A DNA stretch of 64,000 nucleotides from a phage. The stretch lies in assembly GCA_024672315.1 (NCBI GenBank), contig GCA_024672315.1_4714.1; one strand, given 5' to 3'. The position numbers were made by a program, and so were the translations under genes. Below, piece after piece: positions 8,690 through 19,134 of the stretch. Position 1 is the first letter of the stretch, and every line of letters starts with the position of its first letter. Below the pieces are notes generated by a model. The model was not told the DNA's origin and did no database searches. It worked only from the letters and a program-made list of their open reading frames with translations.

Positions 8690-11476
8690 TTATCTTACGT
8701 TATTGCTATTCTGCTGTTCGCTGAACCAACCGTACACCTTGAGATCGGTACCGTATTTCAATGCGATATACGCATTCAATGCAGCACAGAACAAAGACAC
8801 GAATGCCCATATCAGCGAAGGATCAACATCTTCCGTTACCACCGGGAGAGTATTATCCGGTTCCCACGATGGAGAACTGTCCATGAACGTCGTGTACCAT
8901 TCCCGCCGTTGTTCTTCAGTGGTAAAGTCGCTATGAGGTTCCAACGCTTCTTTTGCCAGACGTCGATATTCGAACACATACGTTGCGAAAGCCGATGAGT
9001 TACCAGATTCGCCTTCATAGTTCGGATCCACCGCACAACAGAGTTCTGTGGAATCTAACAAAGCAATCGCTTGTGTGATGCTGTCGGCAGTGCCTGCACC
9101 ATAGAGCTCGATAGACCGCGAAAGCTTTTCACAGAACGTATTTAACGCGGCAGGATTGGACACCTGAAGGTCAAGGCCTAATGTCCACGGATAGTTACTG
9201 AACACGCCCGTAAACCGCGGCAGGACACCCAACAGATGTTGTCCGATTACAGCACGGTTATAAACAGCCCGGTTATAGACTTGAAACGCAGCCTCCAAGG
9301 CTTGGTTATAATGACGACGAAGTTCGTCACGCGAGTTGCGGAATCTGTTTGCCGCAAGACTCGTGGCTGCGACGCTACAAACATCGTAATTGGTGGACGA
9401 GAGCACAGTTTCGTTAAGATCGAACGATTCCTGTTTCAACGATCCGCTAACCGCTGCTGCTTCGCTGTTTGCTTTATCGACAACTGTACTCAAAGCGTTG
9501 ATGTAACGCTTAGCCCGGACTTCCAGCCATTGTGCGATACCGAGAACATCCACAGCGGCTTTAGCAAGGTCACGTGCGTTCACGATTTCGTTCTTCAATG
9601 CCCCTAAACCTTTATTCTCAGGCGAAGAGGCTTGTTGACGAATCATGCTGTTCAACATGGTAAGCAGATTATCCAACTCATGTCCACTGACCTTGTTACG
9701 TGCATCGGTAACTGGTCCTTGCAGGAATTTACGACAACCATCGTTGTATCGAATCAGTTTGTCCACATCGATAGATTCGTTCGTGGATTCCTTGAACTGA
9801 TCCTTCAATTCTTCACGGTAGTCATGGATTTCACTTGCGAGATTATCGATAGTGATACCATCGTGTCCAAGAAGAACTTTATTGAAGTTACCTTTCTCGA
9901 ATGCAAGAGCAAGACCTTCACGAATCTTAGCGAGTTTATCCTGATCGAGTTCGCGACCGTTCGATAGCTCTTTCACTTCCGAGCTGATTAGTGCCGCAAC
10001 GTTACCCAGATTGTCGGTAACGCCTTTGAATGTTCCCGACCAGATCGTTCCTGCTTCAGCATATTTCGCAATGGTCTGAATACCGACGGTGTGCAGCGAC
10101 GCTAAACGTTTCTTCGTGCCTTCGGTAAGCAGAGCGTCTTTAGCTCGCGTAAGCTGGCTGTTATTCGCTTCCGCCTGCTGAATCGCCGCTTTCGCACTTC
10201 CATTACGCCAGCTCTTAACCAGCCAATCGACCAAACGTTTTAGGATGTTGACGGTGTATTCCATCGTCCGCCGTAACGTTTCCCACGCGCTTTCTGCGGT
10301 ATAGATGCCGTACCCTTCCTGCACGAGATCGGTACGTGTGTATCCGTCGGCCGCTTCGATTTCTTCTTGCGTTTTATCCCAAAGCTCTTCGCTACGAACA
10401 GCAGTAGCGGTTTCAGATACCGACATAACAAGCTCAGCAACAGCTTCAGCGTAAGTCAGTACGGTACGCACACATTGCACTAACATGCGCTGGTAAACGA
10501 TACGTGCGTTTTGCAGACGTGCGATAACCGCTAAATAACCGATGTTATCAAGATTTTCATCGGTTTGAGCAGATTCAACGCGTTCTAACAGTTGTTTAAC
10601 TAGCGCCGCTGTTTCTGGGTAATCGTTCACGACGTCACGCATGATTCGTGATGCGAAAACCGCAGTACCTAAAACGGTGAGAAGTGTTTTACCGTCCCAT
10701 TCTTTCGGTGCCGCTACCGATTCAGCAGGGATGAGATTTCCCGCTTGGTCGAAGTACGGCATAAGGACATTGATATCAGTCGACGGAACAGCAGTAATTG
10801 CGTTGTACTCTTCATCCACGCCATCGTTGCCAGACGGTTGTAATGCGAGCGCTTGTTCGAGGATTTTGCGGTCAACAGCGTAAAGCGCCGACAGAGCCTG
10901 TGTTACCGCAACCAGATCAACGATCGGCGACCAGAGCTGTGCGAGCTTACCTTCGTATTTCTGTACAGCGATAGCAAGGTCTTCTTTTACGTCTGGATGA
11001 TCGATCAAACCACCCAATGTTTCATGGATGGCAGAAAAACGTTCAGAATGCGCTTGAGTCAATGCGGTAAAATCGTCAACGTACGACGCATTTTCTTCAA
11101 GACGCGTAAGTTCCTGCTCCAGAAGATCTTTTACTTGCGTGGCGGATGCGTTTCTCAACTGTTCCCCGATAATCGCGATGGCTTTATCGACAACACGGCA
11201 GGCTTCATTGAAACCGGTCGTTGAAGGTAACTCGGTCCATAATGCCAGCGGCTTACCTTCCATTGCGTCAGGAAGGGAATATGACAGCATTGCTAGTTGT
11301 TGACGTGATACCTGTTTGTCACGATGTAATGTTTCTTTCAACGCCAGAAGCTCATCAAGACCCACGCTGCTAGGGATCGTGGGATGTGATACGGCGTTGA
11401 TATTTCCTGTCAATGACTCAAGAACCAATAAACCATTTTCAGCGGAAGATAACCCTGCTTTAAGGTATTTGTTCAT
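8690..11476 (-). CDS. hypothetical large alpha-helical protein (928 aa)
   Basis: Long ORF, helical/coiled-coil-like composition; convergent with 5634..8627; GGAG RBS sits directly 3' of a perfect 12-bp hairpin. Confidence 0.85.
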   Translation of the reverse strand: MNKYLKAGLSSAENGLLVLESLTGNINAVSHPTIPSSVGLDELLALKETLHRDKQVSRQQLAMLSYSLPDAMEGKPLALWTELPSTTGFNEACRVVDKAIAIIGEQLRNASATQVKDLLEQELTRLEENASYVDDFTALTQAHSERFSAIHETLGGLIDHPDVKEDLAIAVQKYEGKLAQLWSPIVDLVAVTQALSALYAVDRKILEQALALQPSGNDGVDEEYNAITAVPSTDINVLMPYFDQAGNLIPAESVAAPKEWDGKTLLTVLGTAVFASRIMRDVVNDYPETAALVKQLLERVESAQTDENLDNIGYLAVIARLQNARIVYQRMLVQCVRTVLTYAEAVAELVMSVSETATAVRSEELWDKTQEEIEAADGYTRTDLVQEGYGIYTAESAWETLRRTMEYTVNILKRLVDWLVKSWRNGSAKAAIQQAEANNSQLTRAKDALLTEGTKKRLASLHTVGIQTIAKYAEAGTIWSGTFKGVTDNLGNVAALISSEVKELSNGRELDQDKLAKIREGLALAFEKGNFNKVLLGHDGITIDNLASEIHDYREELKDQFKESTNESIDVDKLIRYNDGCRKFLQGPVTDARNKVSGHELDNLLTMLNSMIRQQASSPENKGLGALKNEIVNARDLAKAAVDVLGIAQWLEVRAKRYINALSTVVDKANSEAAAVSGSLKQESFDLNETVLSSTNYDVCSVAATSLAANRFRNSRDELRRHYNQALEAAFQVYNRAVYNRAVIGQHLLGVLPRFTGVFSNYPWTLGLDLQVSNPAALNTFCEKLSRSIELYGAGTADSITQAIALLDSTELCCAVDPNYEGESGNSSAFATYVFEYRRLAKEALEPHSDFTTEEQRREWYTTFMDSSPSWEPDNTLPVVTEDVDPSLIWAFVSLFCAALNAYIALKYGTDLKVYGWFSEQQNSNNVR

Positions 11477-11491
11477 AAAACACTCCGTTGA

Positions 11492-11522
11492 CCTAGGTGG
11501 AGGCCAATAACCTCCACCTAGG
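11492..11522. promoter_or_regulatory. perfect 12-bp-stem hairpin between the two ~930-aa genes
   Basis: CCTAGGTGGAGG ccaataa CCTCCACCTAGG; on the coding strand its 3' arm ends ~16 nt before the ATG of 8690..11476, directly 5' of the GGAG RBS. Confidence 0.8.
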
Positions 11523-11557
11523 GTTGAACAACGCGTACGGTTATACGGTACGCACGA

Positions 11558-14350
11558 TTACGCTAATTTACCGAAACCGGCTTTCTGTAGTTTCTCGTTG
11601 ATCAGTTTTGCTTCAGCGAAAACATAATCACGATACGCAGTGACTAATCCATCCACCCGTGAACGCAAGGCTTCTTCGAAGCTATACCACGCAGCGATTT
11701 CACGAATCTGTGCGTTGATATAATCAACGGTTGAGCGAAGCTCGGTTGCGTTTTCTTGCGGGATGGCTTTCACCTGGCGAGCAACGTCATTTAAACGACG
11801 GAACTGTGTTTCGATTTCTTTAAACTTACTGTCGGCAAGTTTGCTGAATTCGTCACCGGAACGGGTAAATAACAGATAGCTGTTGCCGTCAAGTGCGGTT
11901 GCTAACTGCTGAAGTACGTTGGTGTCCGGATACACAGGAGTACCGCTTTGCAGTACTTTCTCACCGAATTCCGCGAAGTCCTTCGGCGGTAAGTGTGCAG
12001 ACGTTGTTAACTCGTTGAAACGGAAAGTCAGCGAATTATCATACAGCATCCGGTACGCTTCCATACCCTGTTTCATAGTACCGGCCAGGTTAGCCAGACG
12101 CGGAGCAATCTCGCCTTCTTTAGCGCGTTTCTGGTCTTCTAACGCCCCTTCGAGTTCTTTACACTGGTCGTTCAGATACACGATACGATCGGGACGCAGA
12201 CGACGCATCTCACGAAGAATAGTATCCAGCTTACCTTCCTGGAAATAACCTAACGTTAATGACGTACACGCTTGCTGAAGACGATCGAACACCGGTAAGG
12301 TCACCATCTCCTTACGGATACCATCAACAATCGCAGAAACAGCCGAAAGTTTCTGTTCGGTGGTTAATGGAACGTCAGAGACCGACTTGCTGGGCGCACC
12401 AACAACGTTACGCATTGCGTCGGTATCCTCGGTTTTATCAACCTCTTTACGAACATGCTCATCAGGAACATAAACGTTCGCGTTACGTTTCGCCTGCTTG
12501 ATGGCGTCGTTGGCCGCTTTTTCGGTGGCTGCTACGCTATCAGCACGTTTCTTCAAGAGTTCAATAATCCAGAGCAACAGACGACGAATCGCAGTATAGG
12601 CCGTCGTGATGATGACACCGATAACAGCCATCTTCATGATACCGAACGATTCCATGGTCGGCTCTAATGCCTGGTCTGGCATATACCGTTCACGCAGTTC
12701 CAGATAGATCTGCTCATCTGGTTTGCTGATCTCACCACGATGCGAAGTCCGATAGATGGCTTCGTCAATCTCAACAAGATCTTTGCGTGCCTGACGATCG
12801 GATTCTGTTAAGTAAGCACAACCGGATACATCATCTTCGAAGCTTAAGAATTTGAAGAAGTCGCTGACATCGATCTTGATCTTCTTCGTTTCATTGTCAA
12901 CGTTAATGAAATCCGTTTTACGAGACTGCTGTTGAATCTTAATATCCTTTATCGGTTTAAGCGCTTTGTCTTTTAATGCCTGCATGATCTGTTTCCAGCT
13001 GGCATCGCGTTCAAGAACAAGGAAATAGTTCTTGAGTTCGAATGCGCGATAGCGGGCAACAAGTTGTTCTACCTGGACATGAGCGAGTTGTACGTCCATC
13101 AGCCAACGCGACAGCGCAGAAACCAAACGGCTATACGCAAGCAGCGTCTGGTACGTCAGCTTCATGTGTTTCTCGTAGAGCTCGATGTCTCCGCCCTGGA
13201 TGTCGGCTGTCGGGTTCATTTCCTTCGTTGCTTTGAAGACTTGTTCGGCTTCATTCAGCATCTGCTCGAACTTGACTTCATTGAACGCGTTGAATGGTTC
13301 GGCCAGTTCGTTCATCCGATCGTGCAGTTCGCGAACCCAAGCTTCTTTGTGATTACGAATGACCGCATCAGCGTGGAGTTCGGTTTGATGTTTCTGTACC
13401 CATTCTTCAATGATATCCGCAGCTGCAACAACGCCCGTGTTGTCAGAAATCAATGGAATGACGTTAGAGAGCGTACCCGCACATGCTGGTGTTTTCCAAT
13501 GATCGTTAAGCGTGTTGCGGAACGTAATGATGTCCGTCATAGACGTAGTGATATCGAGGAACGTGTTACCGTTACGACTCATGCTTGTGATGTTTGTGGC
13601 AAACGTCTTTTGTTGTTCTACAACGAATGGAATCAACGCCATCAACCAATCAGCAATACATTTTGCTTTTTCTTTCAGGTTTTTGTCGGCGATTTCTTTG
13701 AGATTAATTGCGCCGCCGTAACCTGCAAGTTCGTTATACACATCGTTCAAGGTCATCTGCGCGTCAAGCATTTCTTTGAAACGCGGATAATCTTCCCCTA
13801 ACGCATCGATGATATCCTGGATAACGTCGTCGGTTGTAGCGATAAATTTCTTCGTGTCGACTTTAGATTTCCAGATTATTTTCACCGCTTCTTTCATAAC
13901 GGTGAACATGATCTGCCAAATACGCTTAATAAGTTCCCAGACTTTCTTCGCACCATCGACAAACAGTTTAGAGACCTTGGCAACGAATCCTTCCTGCACC
14001 AATTCAACGCCGTTACGTGATGGGATTTCCGTGAAGAAAGCATCCGGCAGTTGTTTCGGGAATGCGTCACCAAGACGCATACGTAGTTCCGGTACATCAG
14101 CACGAGAAATACCGCGTGTTACTAATTGTTCGTGAAGACGAACGTTTTCTTCACCGGCAGCCACGAATTCGTCAACATCGAAGGAGACCATTGTTTCCTG
14201 ATCTTCGGTGGTAACGACGCTTGAACCATCGCTGGTCTGGATGTCCTCGTCAGGGAACGCCATGAGCATACCGTGACGCATTTCAACCACTCCGTAATCG
14301 GTTGCTAAACCGAATTCGTTGTGATCGGGGGTAATAACTGGAATACTCAT
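11558..14350 (-). CDS. hypothetical large alpha-helical protein (930 aa) with a hydrophobic segment; tape-measure- or ejection-protein-like composition
   Basis: Long ORF; hydrophobic stretch MAVIGVIITTAYTAIRRLLLWII; Lys/Glu-rich helical regions; assignment by composition only. Confidence 0.85.
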   Translation of the reverse strand: MSIPVITPDHNEFGLATDYGVVEMRHGMLMAFPDEDIQTSDGSSVVTTEDQETMVSFDVDEFVAAGEENVRLHEQLVTRGISRADVPELRMRLGDAFPKQLPDAFFTEIPSRNGVELVQEGFVAKVSKLFVDGAKKVWELIKRIWQIMFTVMKEAVKIIWKSKVDTKKFIATTDDVIQDIIDALGEDYPRFKEMLDAQMTLNDVYNELAGYGGAINLKEIADKNLKEKAKCIADWLMALIPFVVEQQKTFATNITSMSRNGNTFLDITTSMTDIITFRNTLNDHWKTPACAGTLSNVIPLISDNTGVVAAADIIEEWVQKHQTELHADAVIRNHKEAWVRELHDRMNELAEPFNAFNEVKFEQMLNEAEQVFKATKEMNPTADIQGGDIELYEKHMKLTYQTLLAYSRLVSALSRWLMDVQLAHVQVEQLVARYRAFELKNYFLVLERDASWKQIMQALKDKALKPIKDIKIQQQSRKTDFINVDNETKKIKIDVSDFFKFLSFEDDVSGCAYLTESDRQARKDLVEIDEAIYRTSHRGEISKPDEQIYLELRERYMPDQALEPTMESFGIMKMAVIGVIITTAYTAIRRLLLWIIELLKKRADSVAATEKAANDAIKQAKRNANVYVPDEHVRKEVDKTEDTDAMRNVVGAPSKSVSDVPLTTEQKLSAVSAIVDGIRKEMVTLPVFDRLQQACTSLTLGYFQEGKLDTILREMRRLRPDRIVYLNDQCKELEGALEDQKRAKEGEIAPRLANLAGTMKQGMEAYRMLYDNSLTFRFNELTTSAHLPPKDFAEFGEKVLQSGTPVYPDTNVLQQLATALDGNSYLLFTRSGDEFSKLADSKFKEIETQFRRLNDVARQVKAIPQENATELRSTVDYINAQIREIAAWYSFEEALRSRVDGLVTAYRDYVFAEAKLINEKLQKAGFGKLA

Positions 14351-14787
14351 GCATTCTCTCCTTGCAGTGCGTTAGCGAAAGCTGTTGCAAGTTGTGCAAC
14401 CAGTTTCGGATCGACGCCTTCGATAACGTCAGGAAGCCCTGCGGTTTCTTGGTCACGAACAGCAGCTGCTAATAACAGCATGGTTTCAGGTGCGGTCGGC
14501 TCATGCACCATGCGGTAACGCAGGCACCAGAAGTAGCGAGCAACGTCTAACGCATCAGCCAGCCCAATAACCAGTACCTTGTTCAGCTTATCCAACCCTT
14601 CACGGATTTTAGGGAGATGCTCGCGAACGAAAATGCTATCTGCGGTCAGATCTTCTTTTTCAGCGAATACCGGCATGCTGTAACCAGCAATGTAACCTGC
14701 GGCAATACTTAATGCGCGGGTCTGTTGTTCGGCCGGGAAATCACGAACCAGGTCTTTCAGCTGAACGGCGAAATCAGAAATATTCAT
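14347..14787 (-). CDS. hypothetical protein
   Basis: 146-aa ORF; stop overlaps the start of 11558..14350 (ATGA). Confidence 0.75.
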   Translation of the reverse strand: MNISDFAVQLKDLVRDFPAEQQTRALSIAAGYIAGYSMPVFAEKEDLTADSIFVREHLPKIREGLDKLNKVLVIGLADALDVARYFWCLRYRMVHEPTAPETMLLLAAAVRDQETAGLPDVIEGVDPKLVAQLATAFANALQGENA

Positions 14788-14819
14788 GTTAAATTCCTTT
14801 ATAGTAAAAATAGAAGAGA

Positions 14820-16130
14820 TTAGGCGATAATGGAATCAAGAGTCGCTGCGGTTTTGAACAGATCGCTGTTCATTGTAGAAGAAAGGGCTTGCTGAATTTC
14901 TTCCTGTTTAACCGCCTTACGAACCCCAGGACGAAGGGCGATAGTCACCATTTGCATGAACGTACGGTTGTTGTTCATTTCTTTCAGTGTATCATCGATT
15001 GTTTTAATCGTGTCTAGCGTAGTTGAACGGATATCGTTAGGGAGATCGCGATCTTTCAGGCGTATAATCAGATCCTGTTTGATCTTACGGAATCGTTCCA
15101 TATCGTTATCGTAAATGTTGTATGTTGGATCTAACCAAACTGCAAGCGCCATAGCGGCAACAAATATTGCCATACCGAGAATATTAACCGAGGTGAAACT
15201 GATTGCAATCAGAATAGCCACGGCGGCATCTTTAATGAAGGAGAGCCAGAACATCGTTTTGGACTTCATGGAGTCTTTGCTATAAAGCCGATACATTTTA
15301 GCAAGCCCGCTAACGAGATACTCCCCACCACCATGACGCGTAGCGAACTGATCAGCCATGAATTCGGAAGCAACGTCGGTATATCGTCCAGCGTTATTTA
15401 CATTTCGTAATTGCATCGCTTTGTTAGATACGTAAACCGTGTACCAGACACTACCATCGTCTGAATCACTGATTTTATTTACGTCGACGTTGGTATCCAG
15501 CGTTTTGTTTAACGCTTTAGCCAGTTCGATACGTTTTACCTTATCGGTTGTCCCCAACAGTTCACGCTGCACGGTCATGATTGAGGCTTCGACACGAACC
15601 GTTTCCGACAATGTTTCGAGGAAAGTAAATGCGTGCCCGATTTCATGCAGCATTATGGCTGCTTTTTCTTCCGGAAGAAAGGGTTCTGTCGCTGTTAGCA
15701 GTTCATACGTGATGGCAGAACGAATCTTCAACTCTTCAAAGATACCGTAAACACGACCTTTTTCTAAATCGACGTAACCGACAGGCACATCTTTAATCTT
15801 CTTAAGGAGTGCGACACCATCAGCACCGCGCATCCATAACCGATGATAGTCTGCCAGGATCGTGTTGTTTGTCGAAATATCCGGCGGGTACACGTAGGCA
15901 TTCATCTGGCCCATTTTCACGTCGACCGAGAATTCGATGTTCAACCCCGTATAGCGTTTAACCATCTCGGTTAAATGTCCGTCCTTGAAAACGTTTAAAA
16001 CATCTTTTTTATCCAGTCCCTGTTTGCTTCTGAAGAACTCGGTCATTTCCTTGAACAAGGAACCATCCTGAAACTTGATGGCCTCCATCGTTAATTCGTC
16101 ATGACCATACACGCGTTGTAGTAATGACAT
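14820..16130 (-). CDS. HExxH zinc-metallopeptidase-like membrane protein
   Basis: 436-aa ORF; HEIGH motif (..AAIMLHEIGHAFTFL..) and a C-terminal hydrophobic region (FWLSFIKDAAVAILIAISF..AIFVAAMALAVWL). Confidence 0.6.
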   Translation of the reverse strand: MSLLQRVYGHDELTMEAIKFQDGSLFKEMTEFFRSKQGLDKKDVLNVFKDGHLTEMVKRYTGLNIEFSVDVKMGQMNAYVYPPDISTNNTILADYHRLWMRGADGVALLKKIKDVPVGYVDLEKGRVYGIFEELKIRSAITYELLTATEPFLPEEKAAIMLHEIGHAFTFLETLSETVRVEASIMTVQRELLGTTDKVKRIELAKALNKTLDTNVDVNKISDSDDGSVWYTVYVSNKAMQLRNVNNAGRYTDVASEFMADQFATRHGGGEYLVSGLAKMYRLYSKDSMKSKTMFWLSFIKDAAVAILIAISFTSVNILGMAIFVAAMALAVWLDPTYNIYDNDMERFRKIKQDLIIRLKDRDLPNDIRSTTLDTIKTIDDTLKEMNNNRTFMQMVTIALRPGVRKAVKQEEIQQALSSTMNSDLFKTAATLDSIIA

Positions 16131-16141
16131 TGTACACTCTC

Positions 16142-16159
16142 TAAATTTACGTAAATTTA
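16142..16159. promoter_or_regulatory. 18-bp perfect palindrome (operator-like) in divergent intergenic region
   Basis: TAAATTTAC|GTAAATTTA; ~12 nt upstream of the ATG of the HExxH gene (14820..16130) and ~190 nt upstream of the divergent exonuclease gene. Confidence 0.6.
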
Positions 16160-16351
16160 AGGGCTAATGGATCGGCTGGCCGCACCAATCACAATGTGTC
16201 CGCTGCTATGCAACGGCATTCATAGAAATACCTTTTGACGGTAACATCACCGTTCATACCCCAAGCAATAAGAGTGGTCGGTTAAAAACAACAGAACGTG
16301 GGGATGATATAGAAAATCACCTTTTAACACTTATTACGAGTTTATCAAGCC

Positions 16352-17851
16352 ATGAGCGAACAAGAACGAAAACCTAAGAAGAAACTGCTCGGTATTCAAT
16401 GTCGACACATCAGTTATAACGAAGCGAACGATGGCAGCAAGAACGACCTCATGATCGCAAAAGAGATCATGTTCTTTGATGATAACACACAAGCGACGAA
16501 TCTTCGCTTCTTCGAGAATTACAAACGTCCGTTTTGGGTGACGGTAGAGAGTAAACGCAAGAACAAATATAAAAAGGAAAGCGAGAAGCTCTCGCACGTG
16601 CGTCGCTACGATGTCCGTCAAAGTGAACTGGTTGAAAAGATCAGTTCGGTGCTTTATAAAAGACGTGCTGATGATAACACCCGTCTACAGCAGCTTGCAC
16701 GGAGTCCATACCTCTATGGCACGGACGTTAGCGCCAGCTGTTATTTAAAAACTCAGTACAACACAAAATGGCCGGAATACGTCGATAAATTACCCGCTTC
16801 CATTGCCTGTTTCGATATCGAAACCGACGTTGTCCATGGACACGGTAAGATCGTCTGTATGTCTATTACAATGGGATACAATGCGATACTTTGCTATACC
16901 AAGGACTTCGTTGGTCATATTCCGAATGCCATTGAGAAAACCCATGAGAAGATTCGATATTACCTGGCCGAACGTCTGAACACCAAAGAAGATCCTCACG
17001 CGTTCGAAAAATATCAGTACGATGTGCGAATCGTAGAAAGTCCGGCACAAGCGGTCATCCAATGCATGCAGAAGGTTCACGAATGGCAGCCGGATTATCT
17101 CCTTGGCTGGAATATCGCGTTCGATATTCCGCGCATGCTCCAGGCACTGAACGAAGAAGGGTATCGTCCCGAGGATGTTTTCTCCGATCCTCGTGTACCA
17201 CCTAAATATCGCATTGCTCGCTGGGTACCACCGAAGACCGACAAGGTATCTGCTTCAGGGCGTAAAACCAACCTTACCCTTGAGCAAACCTGGCCGATGT
17301 TTTATACGATGGCTACGTATCAGGTTATGGATGCGATGTGTGGTTATAAGTTCGTTCGTTTAGGAAGACCGGATGAGGGACGCTATTCACTCGATGCGGT
17401 ATTAGAGCGAAATAAATGCCATACGAAATTAAAAGCAATTCCTGGTACAGAAGGGTTCACGGAGCTCGCCTGGCACGAAGAGATGCAAACGAACCATCAA
17501 ATCGACTACGGCGTATATAACCTTTGGGATAACCAGGGTATCGAGGCGTTGGACCAGAAAACAAAAGACTATTCGATGACCATCCCTATTCGTTTAGCGG
17601 CGTCGGATTTGAAAGATTTCAGTTCTAACCCTAAACGTATCTGCGATAAACTTTTCTTCGTTTATCTTAACCGTGGGGAAGTCATGGGATGCACCGCCGA
17701 CGACATGACCCAGGAAGAAGATAAGTGGGTTATCTCACGAACCGGACATATCGTCACATTGCCGTGCGATCTCATGGCGGACAACGGCATCCATCTCTTC
17801 TGGGATATGCCTAATTTAAGGAGCTATATTCGATTATTTGTTGCGGATTAA
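16352..17851 (+). CDS. DEDDy-type 3'-5' exonuclease protein resembling the proofreading domain of family-B DNA polymerases (no polymerase domain)
   Basis: 499 aa; Exo I-like FDIETD, Exo II-like WNIAFDIP, Exo III-like YNLWD in the right order; none of the polymerase motifs (DxxSLYPS, KxxxNSxYG, YGDTDS) in this ORF or downstream. Confidence 0.75.
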   Translation: MSEQERKPKKKLLGIQCRHISYNEANDGSKNDLMIAKEIMFFDDNTQATNLRFFENYKRPFWVTVESKRKNKYKKESEKLSHVRRYDVRQSELVEKISSVLYKRRADDNTRLQQLARSPYLYGTDVSASCYLKTQYNTKWPEYVDKLPASIACFDIETDVVHGHGKIVCMSITMGYNAILCYTKDFVGHIPNAIEKTHEKIRYYLAERLNTKEDPHAFEKYQYDVRIVESPAQAVIQCMQKVHEWQPDYLLGWNIAFDIPRMLQALNEEGYRPEDVFSDPRVPPKYRIARWVPPKTDKVSASGRKTNLTLEQTWPMFYTMATYQVMDAMCGYKFVRLGRPDEGRYSLDAVLERNKCHTKLKAIPGTEGFTELAWHEEMQTNHQIDYGVYNLWDNQGIEALDQKTKDYSMTIPIRLAASDLKDFSSNPKRICDKLFFVYLNRGEVMGCTADDMTQEEDKWVISRTGHIVTLPCDLMADNGIHLFWDMPNLRSYIRLFVAD

Positions 17852-17940
17852 CCTTCGTTCTGTAAAAGTTTACTTCATGTAAGAATTGTGTGCGGCATAA
17901 GAGAGGCCGATACATCTAGATATTACATGAGGTTTACGAG

Positions 17941-19131
17941 ATGGAAAAATCTATACATACTCAAACTGGAACTATTGACTATCGCGATTCAGCATATTTG
18001 CCGTACACAAATCATCGTTATCGTATATTTGAAGATGGCGAGTTGTACGACTATAAAGAAGATAGGGTCGTCCCTTACGAAGTTGTAGACGGTGTCCCTT
18101 ATGTTGAAATCGATTGGTATAGAGGCATTGGAAAATACGATCTCGGTATGATCATTCTCACCGTTCTTGAACGGGTTGCTTTACCAGATCACCTTTACGA
18201 TGAAATTGAATCGTTGTTTGTGGACGGAGATCCGACTAACTTTTCGTATAGCAATCACATCTACCGTTTCCGTAATGGGCCGTTAGAAGTTGAGGGATTC
18301 GAAGGTTATTGTTATATTCCGTTTGCATCTCGTTACGCGATAAATAAAGAAGGACATTGTATTAGTCTTCTTTCGTTGGATCCTATCACGTGGACGAAAA
18401 CGGTTCAGCAAGGCACACGTCTTGGCGGATACGCTTATCGTAAAGTGGTTCCTGATAGCGGGTTTACACCGCAGTTGTATCGTCACCGAGCTATCATGTT
18501 AGCGTTTACGAGATATGATGCTAACGTTGTGAACTTAACCGTAAATCATAAAAACGGAATTAAAGGTGACGATTGGTTTGACAACCTCGAATGGGCGACA
18601 TATGCCGAGAACAATCAACATGCTCGTATGGCAGGGTTGTGTATAGGTACGTCAAAACCTGTTTTGGTTTATGATTACCGTGCACGAATCGAACGTCGTT
18701 TTAATAGTATCGCAGAAGCGGAACGTGCTTATCCGTACGTACCGAAAGGACGTTTCAAATGGTGGGTAAACAATCCCCCGAAACGTATCCCAGAATGCGA
18801 TTTATACATCAAGTTTGCCACGGACAATACGCCTTGGCCAGAGTGGAAACTTGGAGAAGATCGTCGTGTCGAGGACACCGATGGTCGCGGTATTCTCGCT
18901 ATTAATAAAGAGACGAACGAACGACATGTGTTTCCATCAGTAACTGCTGCCGCAAATGCGTTAGGAATCTCCTGGATTACCGTAAGACGTCATTGCGATC
19001 GTCGTGCAGTACCTACGAAACAGCCTTGGTGTTTTCGTTATGCTGATGATATTGCCGCTATGCCCGATTTCGATGTTAGTAAATTAGTTCCTAAGAAGAA
19101 GCGTGTATTTAATGTTCCATTAGAACGATAA
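17941..19131 (+). CDS. HNH homing endonuclease
   Basis: 396 aa; HNH signature VNHKNGIKGDDWFDNLEWATYAENNQHA; GAGG RBS; immediately downstream of the exonuclease gene. Confidence 0.8.
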   Translation: MEKSIHTQTGTIDYRDSAYLPYTNHRYRIFEDGELYDYKEDRVVPYEVVDGVPYVEIDWYRGIGKYDLGMIILTVLERVALPDHLYDEIESLFVDGDPTNFSYSNHIYRFRNGPLEVEGFEGYCYIPFASRYAINKEGHCISLLSLDPITWTKTVQQGTRLGGYAYRKVVPDSGFTPQLYRHRAIMLAFTRYDANVVNLTVNHKNGIKGDDWFDNLEWATYAENNQHARMAGLCIGTSKPVLVYDYRARIERRFNSIAEAERAYPYVPKGRFKWWVNNPPKRIPECDLYIKFATDNTPWPEWKLGEDRRVEDTDGRGILAINKETNERHVFPSVTAAANALGISWITVRRHCDRRAVPTKQPWCFRYADDIAAMPDFDVSKLVPKKKRVFNVPLER

Positions 19132-19134
19132 CAG

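Noticed and set aside
13064-13801. 245-aa plus-strand ORF inside 11558..14350
   Set aside because: Fully contained antisense within the 930-aa gene; Cys/Phe/His-rich translation typical of a non-coding frame
16352-17851. Annotating this ORF as a complete DNA polymerase
   Set aside because: Only the exonuclease motifs are present; none of the polymerase motifs occur in it or in any downstream plus-strand frame, so I call it an exonuclease-domain protein
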